From an uncultured Acidobacteriota bacterium (GTDB lineage Bacteria > Acidobacteriota > Terriglobia > Acidiferrales > UBA7541), in the NCBI GenBank assembly GCA_963788915.1, contig CAWBIY010000001.1, positions 16,470 through 80,469 of the forward strand: a stretch of DNA of 64,000 bases. The letters run 5' to 3'. Below, in pieces: positions 11,058-20,415 of this stretch; the first letter of the stretch is position 1; every line of letters starts with the position of its first letter. Position numbers and translations under genes: made by a program. The notes under the pieces were generated by a model. That model was given only the letters and a program-made list of their open reading frames with translations, was not told the origin of the DNA and ran no database searches.

Positions 11058-11699
11058 TTGTGTCAAGACGACGCGAAAGCGTCATGCTGTACGAAAGATG
11101 AAGGTAGGCCCTTCGAAGTCGCCCTGTAGGGGGAGGCTTCAAACTGCCATAAGCTGCTTCGGTCAAAAGCCGTGGTGGTGAACGTTATGGTTAAAAGGCA
11201 TGACAGTCCGATCATGTCAAGTAGGAATAAGAGAGATGAGTGCAAACGAACCTCTGATGAAGCATCGAAAGGATCTACGACGACACCAAAACCGGAGTTT
11301 CCCCCGTGCTCTGGGAGCAGCATGGCAGATGCCTACGTACTGGCCATGCGGTGTCCGGTGTTCAGGAGGCATGACTCTTATTCGGGCTTTCGTACGGAAC
11401 TTGAGAACCTGTTCGGTGATGCTAAGGGAAAAGGCACAAGCGGAGGCCCCGCGAGGCTGAATGTACTGATGCGCCGACCAGGCTCGGACTGCTCCATAGT
11501 AGTGACGAAACGGAGTAATGTCCGTGGAGCGAAGGGAGCAGGTCACCCACGCTGGGATCGAGTCAACTGGAAACAGGAGGAACTCACTGTCCTGGCGGAA
11601 GGCGGTAGCTTTCACTGGGTGGCACGAGCCGTGTGACTGGAGACGGTCAAGCACGGATCTGTGAGGGCCTCGGGGTGAAATTCCCCGGGGCTACTCGGC
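11058..11699 (+). mobile_element. Inner group II intron 2, ORF-less (642 nt), inserted at the DV-DVI junction of the outer intron
   Basis: Starts TTGTG; DV GAGCCGTGTGACTGGAGACGGTCAAGCACGGATC at about 11626-11659; DVI CTCGGGGTGAAATTCCCCGGGGCTACTCGGC; flanks rejoin to a canonical DVI. Confidence 0.85.
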
Positions 11700-11740
11700 G
11701 CGATCAGCGATGGTCGTCCCTACCGCGACAGTAATTCTCA

Positions 11741-11770
11741 AGTCCTGGCAAATGTGCTTACCGGACAGGT
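11741..11770 (+). repeat. Dyad site, copy 1 (AGTCCTGGCAA-ATGTGC-TTACCGGACAGGT)
   Basis: Member of a dispersed repeat family; 11 nt downstream of the outer intron 3' end. Confidence 0.7.
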
Positions 11771-11893
11771 GACTTTAGCGACCCAAGCGGCGAGCCCGAC
11801 TAAGTTGGTCGTTCAGGCCCACACTTGCAGCGTCTCCACCAAACTGTTTGCTTGCCGGAGCGTGCAGGAGAACGGCGAGAGGGAGTACAGCGG

Positions 11894-12136
11894 TTAGCCG
11901 AATGCGATCATCAGAGCCTCGCGGCACGATTCGCTGGCCTGCTCATCGCTCACGTGCGTATAGATCATTGTGTTGGAAATGTTTTTGTGGCCCGCTCGTT
12001 TGGAGTATCCCGGTACAACGTACGTGTAGCTGGCTCCTGCGTCTTGGCGGTCAATTATTGTTACATCCATTTGGTTCGCGGATTTTCCCAAGCCGGCCAG
12101 AGCAAACAAGGTGAGAATCGCAGGAACGATCCTCAA
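11894..12136 (-). pseudogene. Chimera: secreted-protein N-terminus fused to a tyrosine-recombinase C-terminal tail
   Basis: Signal peptide + VTIIDRQD...YTYVVPGYS, then GHKNISNTMIYTHVSD (recombinase H...Y motif). Confidence 0.55.
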
Positions 12137-12279
12137 TACAGATTTGAGCGTTGGGCACCTCTCTGAAAATGATAGACCGAGCCCATTGAAACTAACGATA
12201 AGCGGATCATTAAGTGTCGTAAGAGGAAGCGGCTAAACCTTCCGTACCATTGCCGGCCGCTAACGCCGCGCATAGCTAA

Positions 12280-12630
12280 ATGATGCGCCTCGCGCTCATC
12301 TTGGCCTGTCTAGCGACGATAGCCGGAAGACTCGCCTATGCTGGCTACCGTGAACGCACGCCGAATCTCAAACCGGCTCGGGCTGCTTTTCAAGCCATAA
12401 ACACTCAGTATTTCGACGGTCAGTTGCCTACGCCGGTATTCCGCTATGCAGACTTGCCAGATGCGTTAGCGACAACGATTCAGGGAAGCGACGGACGTTT
12501 TCTAATTGAGCTTCGACCGGGCGTTGACCTGAGCGTGTTACGGCATGAGGCTTGTCACATCTTCACTTGGGACGAAGACGCGGACCACGGCCCTCAATGG
12601 GCTGCCTGTATGGAGCGATTCGCAAAATAG
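12280..12630 (+). CDS. Small secreted SprT-like zinc metalloprotein
   Basis: Signal peptide; IN..YFDGQLP; LRHEACH (HExxH); HGPQW. Confidence 0.7.
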   Translation: MMRLALILACLATIAGRLAYAGYRERTPNLKPARAAFQAINTQYFDGQLPTPVFRYADLPDALATTIQGSDGRFLIELRPGVDLSVLRHEACHIFTWDEDADHGPQWAACMERFAK

Positions 12631-12771
12631 GATGAGCGATTACCTGGATGACACTCCTTAGGAAAAGGAAGTCAGTGCCCGATTGGTCGCATTACCAGGA
12701 CAGATGCCGTATTAGGTCAGGTTGATTGGTTGGGGGCGTGTCGGTGTTTCGAGAACCGGCGCGTCCCGCTT

Positions 12772-13089
12772 TTACCCAAGAAGCTTACGTAACTTGCGTA
12801 CCGACTCTTCTGAAAACACACCCTGTGTCTCGTGGCCTTCGCTATCGCTCAATGTGTAGAAGATGGGAAAACTAATCTCGTTTAACGGTACATCGGGCGA
12901 GATTTGCCTGGGTTTCACCTTCCCGGCAGTGTCAAAGACAAACTCCATATCGATAAGAATTTGATCATTGATTTCCGTAATGAGGATGTGCAGGGGCGGC
13001 TTCAGGGTGCCATCTTCCACGGCAGCGTCGGTTTTTACCGCTATAGCAGTGAGAATCGTCTCCCAGCCTTCCGATTGTAATCTCGCCAT
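12772..13089 (-). CDS. Hypothetical protein
   Basis: 105-aa ORF with ATG and an upstream GGAGG. Confidence 0.5.
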   Translation of the reverse strand: MARLQSEGWETILTAIAVKTDAAVEDGTLKPPLHILITEINDQILIDMEFVFDTAGKVKPRQISPDVPLNEISFPIFYTLSDSEGHETQGVFSEESVRKLRKLLG

Positions 13090-13289
13090 CTGCTCACCTC
13101 CGGCACGTCCCGCTTACTGCTTACAACTGAAAGGGGCCCGGAGAAGATTTCTCAGACGCAATTCAAGGAAATTTATACTGAAACGATGGCAGAGTTCGTC
13201 CATTGATCGTAGGTTCGATCTTGACCGCGAGCGGTTGAAACCGTTGCTGTGGCTAAATCTCAGCGATGGGCCGCACGACGGATTCGAGA

Positions 13290-13796
13290 TTAGTGCTGTC
13301 GCTGCACCAATGGGATCTGCGATGCCAGTTGCAGGTCGATCAAGCTGCTTATGCGACGGTCGATCTGAAAGAAGGTGGCGGTCTTGGTCCCCGGCAGCAC
13401 GGTGCTGATGATCGGAACGTACTTGATGCGGAGCTGCGCAATAGACTCGTCCAAGGCCAATGAGCGATCGATTAAGCTCCTTGCCTGACCATCCGTCAAT
13501 GAACCGTAGTTCTGAGCGTACTCCTTGATCAAGGCGTACTTCTGATCGCCGACTTTCGTCATTTCCGCAGCGTACTGGTCATAAACCGGCCAGAATTTTG
13601 TCGCCTCCGCGTCTGTCAGGATTAAATTCGCCGCAACCAGCTGTTTTTTCCCCGACCGGAGATCCTGTCGCAATAGCTGGATATCCTGGTCGGTGACGGT
13701 TGGGGAATCCTTGCTGGCCGACGACTGGGCGTGCGCAGCTGGGACCACCAATACCCACGTGCTCGCCAAAACGACTGCAACGATTTTATTTCTCAT
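13290..13796 (-). CDS. Secreted helical protein (LT..EA.KFWP.Y..Y family); paralog of 53331-53879
   Basis: Signal peptide; LTDAEATKFWPVYDQY...LIDLQLASQIPL. Confidence 0.75.
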   Translation of the reverse strand: MRNKIVAVVLASTWVLVVPAAHAQSSASKDSPTVTDQDIQLLRQDLRSGKKQLVAANLILTDAEATKFWPVYDQYAAEMTKVGDQKYALIKEYAQNYGSLTDGQARSLIDRSLALDESIAQLRIKYVPIISTVLPGTKTATFFQIDRRISSLIDLQLASQIPLVQRQH

Positions 13797-14075
13797 ACCG
13801 GTCCTCCTCGAAACTAATCGAATGGACTCCCTCCTCTGAACATGTTGACTTTACGAATCTGAGGCTGCCACCAGGGGCCAGGTCGCCCAACTGTCAATAG
13901 TTACAGGCCATGGCGCTCGGTCAACAACGATGGAGACTGAAAGCCCGGCTCAGACATGAGCCAAATTGGCAGCGGTTTGGATGCCCACCGCCCTCGTTTG
14001 GCCGAGAAGGCTGTCAAAAGTGACAGTATTCGCAGCAGAGTCCTCTCCCCGAGCATCACTGCAGTGGGGGCATCC

Positions 14076-14720
14076 ATGCCACTACCGCGAGTCATACTCG
14101 CCGATGATCACACGATTCTTCTCGAGGCACTTCACAAGCTCTTAGAGCCCCATTGCGAAATTGTGGGCACTGTAGCGGATGGCCGCACTTTGCTGAAAAC
14201 CGCGCTGGAGCTTAAACCCGATGTGATCGTCGCGGACATCAGCATGCCGCTGATGAACGGTCTGGAAGCCGGGGCGCGATTGAAGGAAGCGCTGCCCAGA
14301 ATGAAGCTCATCTACTTGACAACGAAGGAGGACCCGGACTTAGCTGTGGAAGCCTTGCGCTGCGGGGCGTCCGGCCATCTATTGAAGACTTCCGCCGTCA
14401 AGGAATTGATTCGGGCCATCCAATTGGCACTCAAGGGAAAATCGTACGTTACACCGCAGATGGCGAGGAGAATGCAGAAGCCATTCAATAAGAATCCTAA
14501 CAACGGACCGAAAGCGCGCGCCAAGATCCTGACCGCTCGGCAACGGGAGGTCATGCAACTGTTGGCCAGGGGAAAATTCATGAGGGAAGTGGCCGGCGTC
14601 TTGAATGTGACTAAGCGGACTGTGGCATATCACAAGTATCACATCATGGAAGTACTGAATCTCAAGACGAATGCCGACTTCATTCGATTCGCCATCGAAT
14701 CACGGATTCTCAAACCCTGA
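14076..14720 (+). CDS. NarL/FixJ-family response regulator (REC + LuxR HTH)
   Basis: VILADDH, PDVIVADISMPLMNG, LTARQREVMQLLA, TV.YHKYHIM..L. Confidence 0.93.
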   Translation: MPLPRVILADDHTILLEALHKLLEPHCEIVGTVADGRTLLKTALELKPDVIVADISMPLMNGLEAGARLKEALPRMKLIYLTTKEDPDLAVEALRCGASGHLLKTSAVKELIRAIQLALKGKSYVTPQMARRMQKPFNKNPNNGPKARAKILTARQREVMQLLARGKFMREVAGVLNVTKRTVAYHKYHIMEVLNLKTNADFIRFAIESRILKP

Positions 14721-14926
14721 GATCTGCGCGCCCTGGTGGCCCAGACCACCGCGTACCAACTGACGGACACAGGACCGAGAGGTGTTACCAAGCCAAGACG
14801 GACGGTCGAGGTGAACCCCTTCGATGGAACCCCTACCCGACATGCAGAGTAATTCTCGAAATGCGGCGGCATCCACCAGAGCTTTCGTTTCGAAGAAAGG
14901 GCGAATTGTTTTGGAACTCCCGGGTA

Positions 14927-14959
14927 GGTCCTGGTAAACGCAGCGGTTACCGGACAAGT
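14927..14959 (+). repeat. Dyad site, copy 2 (GGTCCTGGTAAACGCAGCGGTTACCGGACAAGT)
   Basis: Same arms as copies 1 and 5, with a longer spacer. Confidence 0.7.
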
Positions 14960-15236
14960 CTGCCCGCACGAAGAATCAACAAGTTACACAGAACGTCACG
15001 AACCGATACCGAATGCTACAAGTGCAACGCCGACTTGCGCTTAACCGCGGGACACGAACGGCTGGTAGCACTCAGTAGGGCTCGGTGGTGGGCACAAGTT
15101 GAGGCGGAGTTGTTTCAAGCAAGAAGTCCCGCTCTGGCAATCTTGACAGTTTCCGCCAAGTTCATTCCCTGATTTAATTTGGTTCCCTCCGTGAAGAGGT
15201 TCTGAGATTTAGATCGAATGTTTCCGGGCCCGCGTT

Positions 15237-15968
15237 ATGGAAGTCACCAAATTCAGATCACGACTGTTTGTTGCACTGGAGCAGATGACGGTACATCTTC
15301 GTCAGCATACGCTCACCGTATTGGGAAGAAGTGTCGCCAGGAGTCGAAGACTCGAGGAAGCACTTCGCGGCAGCAAGAGCCCTTTGCGAAAGTTAGTAGC
15401 AATATCTCGCGATGCAATCGTTGCGACGAACGCCAAAATCGCCAGAGAACTGTTTATCGGGTTGGGACAGGTAGCGATACATCTTCTGCAAGCACAGAAC
15501 ATAGTCATGAGATTGGGAAGAAGTGTCGCTAGCAAACCCCGAAGACTACAGGAGGCACTCCGTGCAAGGGAGAATGATTTACAGACGTTACTCGTAAGCT
15601 CTCCCGATGCAATCGTCGTGACAAACTGTGACCGCCGTTTTGTTGCCGCAAATCCGAAGGGCCTCGATTTATTTGGCGTCTCAGAAACCAATATGAGGAA
15701 GTTCACCTTTGAGACCTTTCTTTGCCGCGGTCAAATTTCAGAATTCAAGGGACATGGTTCGCCTTTCAGAAGACGAAAGGTGAAGTATGGGAGATGCGAG
15801 ATTCGGCGTTTGGACGGAAGCCTGCGAGTCGCAGAGTGCCGTTTTTTCGCAAACTTTGTCCCTTTTCGACATCTATACAAGTTCCGTAACGTTATGGCAA
15901 CAAATCAATACCAGCCTGCCACACTGAGAACACCAGCTAGCACATGCCCAAAAACAAGGGGGTCTTAA
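15237..15968 (+). CDS. Orphan PAS-domain protein with a tandemly duplicated N-terminal segment
   Basis: Two copies of LF..L.Q...HL.Q...LGRSVA...RRL.EALR; PAS motif SSPDAIVV...FVAANPKGLDLFG. Confidence 0.65.
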   Translation: MEVTKFRSRLFVALEQMTVHLRQHTLTVLGRSVARSRRLEEALRGSKSPLRKLVAISRDAIVATNAKIARELFIGLGQVAIHLLQAQNIVMRLGRSVASKPRRLQEALRARENDLQTLLVSSPDAIVVTNCDRRFVAANPKGLDLFGVSETNMRKFTFETFLCRGQISEFKGHGSPFRRRKVKYGRCEIRRLDGSLRVAECRFFANFVPFRHLYKFRNVMATNQYQPATLRTPASTCPKTRGS

Positions 15969-16149
15969 TGGGTCGACGCAACACTCAGCTCGAACCCACC
16001 TTGCATTGAAAACAAAAGCTAAAATCGCTCGCTAGATTAGACCAGCCGGAAGGCTACCCTGGCCACAGACCGAGAGCCCCAAAGATTTGGTACCCACGTC
16101 GTAGAACTAGCAAGTAACGGGTCTCTCGCGCAAAAGTTGACCGGCGGCG

Positions 16150-16770
16150 TCAGGAAGATAGAGTTTTGAGCCATCCCACGAATCGCGCCCGATCTTCCTG
16201 CTCCATGGCTACGAACTTCACGCCCATGCCTTGTTTGGGACTACTTCTTTGGACAGCAGCACGAGCGCGAACTTCCCCTGTCGGCGCATCGAGCAGCAAC
16301 TGAATGAAGGTTCCCATTGCCGGCGGGCTTGGGGTAAGGATGAACAGTCCGCCCAACCCAAAGTTGTCTACCGCGGAGACCAGTCTCGTGTTGGAACTAT
16401 GCCAAGCGACGATCGTCCCTTTCGGGGCCGGAAGCCGAGGATAAACACGACGTTCACTGTCCTCGGCTAACATACCGGCAAAAGGGATGCGCTCCGACCC
16501 TCGGTGGCCAATAAGTAGCGCCAAGTCGGCAGCCATCGGAGCGGCACATTCGAAGCCAGAATAGGCTTCGATCAGGACCTTGGCGATCCGGGCGGCCCCT
16601 GGAGAAAAAAAGAAAAGTTGAGGTGAAACAACAACGCTAGTCGTGAAAATGGCTGCATCTGCGGGGATGCCGTTTGCCATAAACAGGTCTTCGAAGGCTT
16701 CCTGCAGCGAGAAACGCTTACCGGCGAGAACGTCCTCACCGGAGAGAGTCACTTTGTACCAGGACGCCAT
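16150..16770 (-). CDS. PilZ-domain protein with an N-terminal domain of unknown function
   Basis: ERRVYPR and DNFGLGGLFI (RxxxR and DxSxxG-like), GMGVKF. Confidence 0.75.
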   Translation of the reverse strand: MASWYKVTLSGEDVLAGKRFSLQEAFEDLFMANGIPADAAIFTTSVVVSPQLFFFSPGAARIAKVLIEAYSGFECAAPMAADLALLIGHRGSERIPFAGMLAEDSERRVYPRLPAPKGTIVAWHSSNTRLVSAVDNFGLGGLFILTPSPPAMGTFIQLLLDAPTGEVRARAAVQRSSPKQGMGVKFVAMEQEDRARFVGWLKTLSS

Positions 16771-17104
16771 AGCGACATTCCTCTTGAGCTATGACCGTAT
16801 CGGGTGTCGTGTTTCAGCGATCCATTTCTCTAAAACCAACTGATCCTTCTCTTCGATCTTGGTAAAGGCGACTCCCTTGCCGCCTCTTGCGTGAACATTA
16901 GGGCACTCGCTAGTCCGCTTGCGCTAGCGCGCTAGAGGCGCGCACGCACCGGATGTGCAGCAAATCTCTGCGCTGGAAGGGAGGAGTTGGGGAACATTTG
17001 GGTGTGTTCCCCGACTCCGGCGAGCTGTGCAAGGTCGGAGGTCGCACCGAACGCTCACCTGCGAACGCATGCTTAGCTGTTTAGACTTGGCCCCGTTCCT
17101 AAGC

Positions 17105-17124
17105 AACTAGGGGAATCCCTAGTT
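17105..17124. promoter_or_regulatory. Palindromic motif AACTAGGG-GAAT-CCCTAGTT (variants at 18585-18604 and 20344-20363)
   Basis: Perfect 8-bp arms; three intergenic copies within 3.3 kb. Confidence 0.5.
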
Positions 17125-17161
17125 TGCGCGCACGTCGTCCTATAGTTTCGACCCGTGATTG

Positions 17162-18058
17162 TTAGTCCCCGGCTAGCCCTTTGTTCAGCAGGACCTTGAC
17201 CTCAACGCGGCGGTTTTCTGCGCGTCCGGCCGCGGTCTCGTTCGAGGCTACTGGTGCCGCTTCACCCATGGCGCCTGGCGCCACAATGTGGCGGACCGGT
17301 ACGTTACAGTTCTGAAGCAAGAAGGCGATTACGTTCTGTGCGCGCTCCATGCTCAGATTCTGGTTCATTGCCGCGTTGCCGCTGGAATCCGCGAAACCCT
17401 TCACCTGAATGATGTACCCCTTGAGGTTGACGGCATTCTGGGCTAATTTCTTCAGCGCCTCTTGATCCGCTGCGGAGATGTCGCTGCTGGCGCTGGCAAA
17501 TTGGACAACCAGTTGAGCCTTGGTGTCGTAATCGCTCAATTCCGAGAAACGCTTGCTGGCTTCCGCGGCTTCCGCGGCGTTAGCGTCAATGGCCGCCTTG
17601 TTGGAAGCGATATTTTGCTTGTTCGCGTCGATGTTCCGCTCGTTTTCTTCAATATTCCGCTGATTGGCGGCTACTTTCTGTTCGGTGGGACTTAGACCTG
17701 CCTGGATCATCTCGGCCGTTTCTAAGTCGTCTCCATCGAAGGTAATGGATTTGGCAAGGACGTGCGTGGCGTCCTGGCTTGTGCCGTCAACCGAAACCTT
17801 AAGGCCGGGAATCAGCACAGCGGCAGACATTTGCTTTTTGCGAATGCCAAGCCCCTTCGGTTGCTGCACCTTGGTGTCGTCATCGAGAGTAACGGTCATC
17901 GTGCTTCCGTCGGTAGTCTTGAGGACAATCGTGTCGCCGGTACGAGCGGTGATCAGCCCCTTAGCCTTTGTCTTTTCGCCCTGTGCATAAGCCGAGAGCA
18001 GCGCCACAAAGCATACTGCCAGCAGGCCTACTACGATTCTCATTCGCTTGTTACGCAT
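17162..18058 (-). CDS. OmpA-family protein with an N-terminal OB-like domain
   Basis: Signal peptide; V.GFADSSG...NQNLSMERAQNV; ENRRVEV. Confidence 0.88.
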   Translation of the reverse strand: MRNKRMRIVVGLLAVCFVALLSAYAQGEKTKAKGLITARTGDTIVLKTTDGSTMTVTLDDDTKVQQPKGLGIRKKQMSAAVLIPGLKVSVDGTSQDATHVLAKSITFDGDDLETAEMIQAGLSPTEQKVAANQRNIEENERNIDANKQNIASNKAAIDANAAEAAEASKRFSELSDYDTKAQLVVQFASASSDISAADQEALKKLAQNAVNLKGYIIQVKGFADSSGNAAMNQNLSMERAQNVIAFLLQNCNVPVRHIVAPGAMGEAAPVASNETAAGRAENRRVEVKVLLNKGLAGD

Positions 18059-18232
18059 AGTGTTGTTTCTCCTTTCGGTCCTTGAACCATTCCCAAACGC
18101 GTCATCTACCCGTGCCCTCGACCTATATACTCAGACTAATCCGGGGTTAGGCCGCCATTTCGGCTCCCCCCGTCTGTGTCCTAAACGGCTCCTCCCTTTC
18201 GGAACCAGGGCCTGAGAAGTGTTTATGTCCGC

Positions 18233-18490
18233 CTAATTGGCCACGCACCGTGTGTGTAACGATATGGCGCTTTCCCGCGTACCGGTTTTCACAGACCATT
18301 CCCGTTTGAGGACAGATAGCGCGTTCAGCGCCTTAACCACCGCGCATCTCTCGTCTCGGTCGATCGCACTCTTGACTACACGGTTTGCGATCGCTAATTT
18401 TGCGTCTTCGATGCGATCGGTCATTCTATTGGGGTTGGTTTCGAGGACAGCGGCTTCGTACCATTTCGTCCAGTCATAATCTGCGTTCAC
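18233..18490 (-). CDS. Small acidobacterial hypothetical protein (W...Y.AAVLE...RI..A..AI..R family)
   Basis: WTKWYEAAVLETNP...RIEDAKLAIANR; upstream GGAG. Confidence 0.6.
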   Translation of the reverse strand: MNADYDWTKWYEAAVLETNPNRMTDRIEDAKLAIANRVVKSAIDRDERCAVVKALNALSVLKREWSVKTGTRESAISLHTRCVAN

Positions 18491-19004
18491 TGTCGTCTCC
18501 TTACTCTCAGCGCATAACGAGGTCGGTCAAGGCACACAAGTTATCCGTAGCGGCCTGACTTTATGTTTGGTTCGATCTTTGAACAACTAGGTGAATCCCT
18601 AGGTAGTGGTGGAGCAAGCGCGCGGCAATATCGAACCCTAACAGCCGAAAGGCCTCTCCGCTTCGGGTTTAAACATCCTGCATGAATTTGCCAGAAGATC
18701 TAAGAGTGAGGGCGACCTTTCCCGCCGACCGCGTATCTAACCCGATGACGGCACTCGCAGCAAATGACCTCTGGCTACAAATTTGCAGCGGCTGGCTTGA
18801 CTTGACGGGGATTGCCATTCTCGAAAAGGGTCGCTCTCGCAAAGAGAGCAGTCTATTTCCAGCCATCCGGTGGTTCAAGTCCAAGAACCGGGTCGTCGCT
18901 GCATGATATTTGCGATGGTCACACAACGGCTCGGTTCACCACTTGACCCGAGAGCTAGATACGATCATCCCGTAGGTAGCCGTTCAATCGGGGTCTCGCA
19001 AAAG

Positions 19005-19094
19005 AAATCGCCCAGCGGCGCATATTCCCTCCTAAACCCTCTCTGGGGGGTTCCTCAGGATGCGGACTTGCCGCCTAAAACCGCTGGGCGATTT
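19005..19094. repeat. Perfect 14-bp inverted repeat enclosing 62 nt
   Basis: AAATCGCCCAGCGG (19005-19018) and CCGCTGGGCGATTT (19081-19094). Confidence 0.7.
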
Positions 19095-19644
19095 CGCTTT
19101 TTCTTCACAACAAACAGCCACCACGATCCGCGAGAAGTTGACGGCGAATTACGACCTCGTTGGGCAGATCAGACTTTCTTAGCGACGAAACCCTGGTAAC
19201 TGGGTCGCGGCACAGCCGCCTGATGAGTTCTGTCAGTCTACTGGAGGAGAAAGCAGGAAGCAGTGAATACGGTCGACGAATTGAAGGGCAACTTGGATGG
19301 TGTTTGGATACTCGGCCAAGCCTTGAAGTTGGCATAAGCTGTGTCGATTCCGGGGTTTTTGGCTACAAGCCGAATCGACGGTCATCCGGTTGCGGCTGCC
19401 GATTGACCGAAAGACTTAACAGCCGCTACCTGGTCGTCCATGATCTCGAAGACCGTATACAGCCAAGCCGCCAACTCCACGAGGAACGATTGGATTGTTT
19501 AGATGGTGTTGCATCGACCAGTTGAGCTGGCACGGCTAATCAGAGTTAGTGGAAGCGGATGATGTGGACTGCTAGTTTTTGACAGTGCCAATGCCACGGT
19601 CCCCGGCGCACCATAAGCGACCGTGCTTTGTCCTAGGAGTCTAC

Positions 19645-20022
19645 ATGTAAAAGTCCCTAACTCTCCTCGCTGCCCTATTTCTATGTCTAACGGTCGCCGC
19701 CGCTGGCCCCAAACCGCAGTCAGGCAACATTCTTTCGCACACCTCTGTCGCGTGTGGTACAAAGAAATCCAAAAAACAGGACCTCGATCTGCTGTGCCAG
19801 CAGTATGTCGTCCGCTCCGGCACGACCGACTACACCATTCGTCAGCCGAAACCCTCCGAACAGGCCATTATTCCGCTAAACACAGCAATCGAGTTCAAGC
19901 TCGACAACAATAAAATGAAGTTCAAGGTCGACGGGAAATCGTTCGAATTCATCGTCATCTCCCAGGCCGCTGCATCTTCTTCCGCCGCCGCACCGGCCTC
20001 TTCCGCTCCTAATCATCAGTAG
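19645..20022 (+). pseudogene. Small secreted protein with TAA at codon 2
   Basis: AGGAG RBS, then ATG-TAA-KSLTLLAALFLCLTVAAA...SVACG...LLCQQYVVRSGTTDYTIRQ...*; otherwise open. Confidence 0.6.
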
Positions 20023-20116
20023 CTCGCGTGAACCGTCTCAGAAGGTGAGGAGAAGTGTCTTGGCGGCGTAACTTTCGCCTTGGATCGCAAATCCAAAAAC
20101 AGTTCGGCGAAAGTCA

Positions 20117-20185
20117 ACTCCTGTTAATGCGCAAACCGGACAAGTCCTCAGTACCCAAGTTACCGGTAACGCGACAAATCAGGAA
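20117..20185. repeat. Two dyad sites head to head (20117-20145 on +, 20157-20185 on -)
   Basis: ACTCCTGTTAATGCGCAAACCGGACAAGT and, on the minus strand, TTCCTGATTTGTCGCGTTACCGGTAACTT. Confidence 0.65.
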
Positions 20186-20415
20186 TTAGCCGGGGGTATG
20201 TGGAGCGGCACCACGTCGCCACCCTGCCAAGCGTGTTGTCAGTGCTCTCTGGAAAGTGCGTAGGGGAAACAAATGAGGGGACTTAGCTGGGTGGCCCCGA
20301 ACCTTTTGCTGTCAGCTTTGCCGTTACTTTACGAGTAGAGGAGGCCCAGGGGGATCCCTAGTTGCGCGCGAGCCACGCGCCGTCGTAAATATTGCCCGTA
20401 TCGGGGAGGTGCGAC

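Larger units (their letters stand above)
7877..11729 (+). mobile_element. Outer group II intron (host of two inner introns); IEP internally deleted
   Basis: DI basal pairing CCGGCATGT (7885-7893) with ACGTGCCGG (about 10241-10249); DV GAGCCGTATGCG...GTACGGATC at about 11016-11049; DVI/3' end reconstitutes as GCGGGGGGCGATCAGCGATGGTCGTCCCTACCGCGAC (end 11729). 5' boundary non-canonical and approximate. Confidence 0.8.

Noticed and set aside
11172-11654. ORFs within the third intron
   Set aside because: They overlap ribozyme domains and lack RT motifs; the intron is ORF-less
19186-19204. AACCCTGGTAACTGGG as another dyad half-site
   Set aside because: Only partial similarity and no partner arm
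19400-19535. GTGTTGCATCGACCAGTTGAGCTGGCA resembling the IS30 3' end at 20972-21003
   Set aside because: Only about 27 nt is similar and the upstream sequence gives no clear transposase; at most a tiny remnant
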